This document shows positions 61,255 to 64,000 of a stretch of DNA of 64,000 bases, piece after piece. Origin of the DNA: Lytechinus pictus (Eukaryota); assembly GCF_037042905.1 (NCBI RefSeq), contig NC_087246.1, forward strand, positions 21,390,001 through 21,454,000, in the 5' to 3' direction. Under the pieces are notes generated by a model that was not told the origin of the DNA, made no database searches, and saw only the letters and a list, made by a program, of their open reading frames with translations. A program made the position numbers and the translations under genes. Numbering within the stretch: position 1 is the stretch's first letter; each line of letters begins with the position of its first letter.

Positions 61255-61780
61255 CTCACTGGTAACCACTGAGGACATCGGCCGATTACAATGTTGTCAT
61301 TTGTTTCAGCAGCACATGCATACGCATGCAGCCATGAGTACGTATACCGTACCCTTAATAGCCTCTTGTCGATGCCCTGGCGGCTGCTTCCTGAGCGAAT
61401 TAGATATCCCTCGCTTCGCTCGGGAAGCAGCCGCCTGGGCCTAGACAAGAGGCTATATACCCATACCGACCCTTACCATACCCGGTCGACGGTCGGCATG
61501 ATGGCATATGCATGCTTTGTATTTCGCTGACCCGAAAGAGGGAAAAGGGACTGAGAACTTCGAAGCTATACTTAGGGCCGCGAAAAGGAATGCAAAAAAG
61601 TTACTTATAAATACACTTTAAATAATGCGACCAAGATACCACAAACAACACCCCTCATGACAATCTGCGAACAATTTAACCATGTTATGAAAAAAAATCC
61701 AGCTCGACTAAGTGGAAAACCACGGAGAAAAGCGCCGTCAAACAAACGGAAGGACACACCAAATTATAGTAAGGATACCT

Positions 61781-62323
61781 CCCGGGGGGGGGGGGGGCAC
61801 TCAGTATATAATGCATAGTGGGTATGTGCCGCGGAGGGGACCCCCATTTTTACACTCAAATTTCCGTTCCAAGGCATAGCATTTTTGTCTTATTGAGAAA
61901 AAGAACAAAGAAAGCCGCTCCAAGGCATAGCATTTCCTTCTTATCGAGAAAAAAAGAAGGAAGAAATCAGCTCCAAAGCTTCGCATATTTTTCGTTACGC
62001 CTTTCCGGTCGCGTTGATTTGCTACAATTTTGGTGAAAAGCGGCCGTAGAGCGCTTTTCGACCATCGCCTAAGCGCGAGCGCACCCGGCGGAGGCCGCGC
62101 TATAGCTGCGTCATGCACGATTGCCCGTTCCATAGGGATGCATACGCACTCACAGAGATACGGAGATCCGTTCCGAGGACCCCCGTTTCACAAACATTTG
62201 TAGTTCCGAAGCCCGTTCCGAGGACCCTCCTTTTTACAATAAGCCCGCTCCAAGGCCCCCGTTTTTTGCCTCGCCCGCGGCACACCCCTACCACTTTTTT
62301 GGTCGAGTGCCCCCCCCCCCGGG
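61781..62323. mobile_element. MITE with CCCGGG-poly(G) termini
   Basis: CCCGGGGG..GCACTC / GAGTGCCCCC..CGGG, with ATACCT duplicated on both sides (up to GGATACCTCC depending on where the ends are placed). Confidence 0.8.
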
Positions 62324-62959
62324 ATACCTCCATGCTCCATGTGTTTTTTTTTTTTTTCATAGCAAAAATGCCTTAAAGCCTGACATGCGTAGCATATGCG
62401 GTACTTGTTTTTTCCTCGAGTTGTAAACCAGCTATAGGTCCATGGTAAACTACAGCCTGATGCGTTTGAGATGATGCAGCACCATGAAGATCTTCACAGC
62501 CAACGTGACATGGCATTGTGTAGCATGCAGGCCTGTACCCCTTTACTAGGCCGTAAATGATATGGGCTTGATGTGTCATTGTTCTGGCACTTAATGATAA
62601 TGCAAGCGCGAAGCGGGAGCTGAAACTTTATGATATTTCATCCAGAAACTGGACTTAATAAGCATATTTTTTAGACAAGGAGAAGAATGAGTACCTTACT
62701 AAAATTATTAATGCGAGCCACAATGTGATTTTCTAAATTAAAATGTTTTACTTTAAAAATGTTATTTCATAATGAAAAAGGGCATATTTCACTTTGAAAA
62801 CAGGGCACTTTTGTCCTACCTAGATTTTTTTTTTTTTTTTTTGGGGGGGCGATTGCCCCCCCCCTGCCCCGCGGTTTCGCCGCCCCTGCGTTTTCGCGAG
62901 AAAGCATCGCAAACTTCAACCGAATCTGAGCAAAATGGTAAAATAATCTATGCAAGTAA

Positions 62960-64000
62960 TACCGACTTGTCCGACGCTTCATCGAGCGAAGCCGTCTTCA
63001 TGAACATACTGAAGTCAGGATTTTATACAGGTCTTAAAGATTATGATCATCACTAGACATAATATGCTTTGCTTTGTAATAAATTCGTCTTTTATATAAA
63101 TTCTTCTGGCAGGTCTTGTTTGCTTCCTATGATTTTTACTGGCTGTCTTTCACAACACGTTACACTTTCTGAATGTCCTCCTTCTTGCATGCCCCAAACC
63201 GAATAACACAGTTAAAGAGGAAAAAAAAACATGTTCTCCACAATAGATTTTTATTTTTTTTAAAGACGCAGGATGAAAAAAAAAACATGAAAAAAAAGAA
63301 AATCCTATGTTCATTGTTCATAATAGGAGTCAGAAAAATAAATATTCTACAAATTCGTTTTGCCCAATTGATCGTGGGCCCGGCAGCCACTGCGAATGGG
63401 TTTATCATCAACATGTAAGTTTCCTCATGTAAAATATTTTTGCATGGGCTGTCGCCACTATGGACCGACATTCCATCACGCCGGTTGAATTTATTATCTA
63501 TTGTACCTAAGTATTTCAATCTTGGAAAAATATAAATGCTTTGTTGCTTGATCATCCCTGGATGATAGTTTGAGAGAGCGGCTTTAAAGGACAAGTCTAC
63601 CCCAGAAAATTGTTAATTTGAATAAAAGGAGAAAAATCCAACAAGCATAACACTGCAAATTTCATCAAAATCGGATGAAAATAAGAAAGTTATGACATTT
63701 TTACGTTTCGCTTATATTCACAAAACAGTTATATGCACAACTCAGTGATATGCAAATGAGAGAGTCAATGATGTCACTCACTCACTCACTATTTCTTTTG
63801 TTTTTTTAATGTCTGAATTATACAATATTTCATTTTTCGCAGATTTGACAATAAGGACCAACTTGGGTGACGACATCAGTCTTCTCATTTGCTTACCGAC
63901 CAGGATGTGCATTTAACTGTTTTGTGAAAATAAGTGAAACTTTAAAATGTCATAACTTTCTTATTGTACATCCGATTTTGGTGAAATTTCCAGTGCTATG
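62960..64000 (+). repeat. Third copy of the intergenic block that precedes C-type TRIM starts
   Basis: Aligns to 34508-36065 and 52575-54004, and includes a Kolobok-like MITE from 63588 at the same insertion site. Confidence 0.9.

Overview
Eukaryotic, AT-rich, repeat-dense DNA. The repeat types and gene family suggest a marine invertebrate, probably a sea urchin (inference). The core is a head-to-tail cluster of five + strand TRIM/RBCC genes (RING, B-box1, B-box2, coiled coil), each with one coding exon and no recognisable C-terminal folded domain: A (18405-19916), B1 (29782-31293), a C/B/A mosaic (38868-40376), B2 (47836-49356) and a frameshifted C (55583-56939). About 16-20 kb of the array is tandemly duplicated, with the junction inside the third gene. 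This is the A-B-(C/A)-B-C pattern expected from unequal crossing-over, although an uncollapsed-haplotype join must be excluded. Comparing the two copies exposes filled and empty sites for several elements. These include a young 5'-truncated CR1/L2-group LINE with intact ORF2 and a fold-back hairpin at its 5' junction, hAT-type and Harbinger-type MITEs, and a deleted Harbinger element. Transposon sequence has rewritten the C-terminus of two TRIM genes, and possibly a third. The first 17 kb are nested MITEs, tRNA-derived SINEs and simple repeats, including an element inserted into an inverted copy of itself. The last kb restarts the intergenic block that precedes C-type genes, predicting a further paralog beyond the window. 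No rRNA, true tRNA, CRISPR or prokaryotic system is seen. All identities are judged by eye and nothing was searched or computed.
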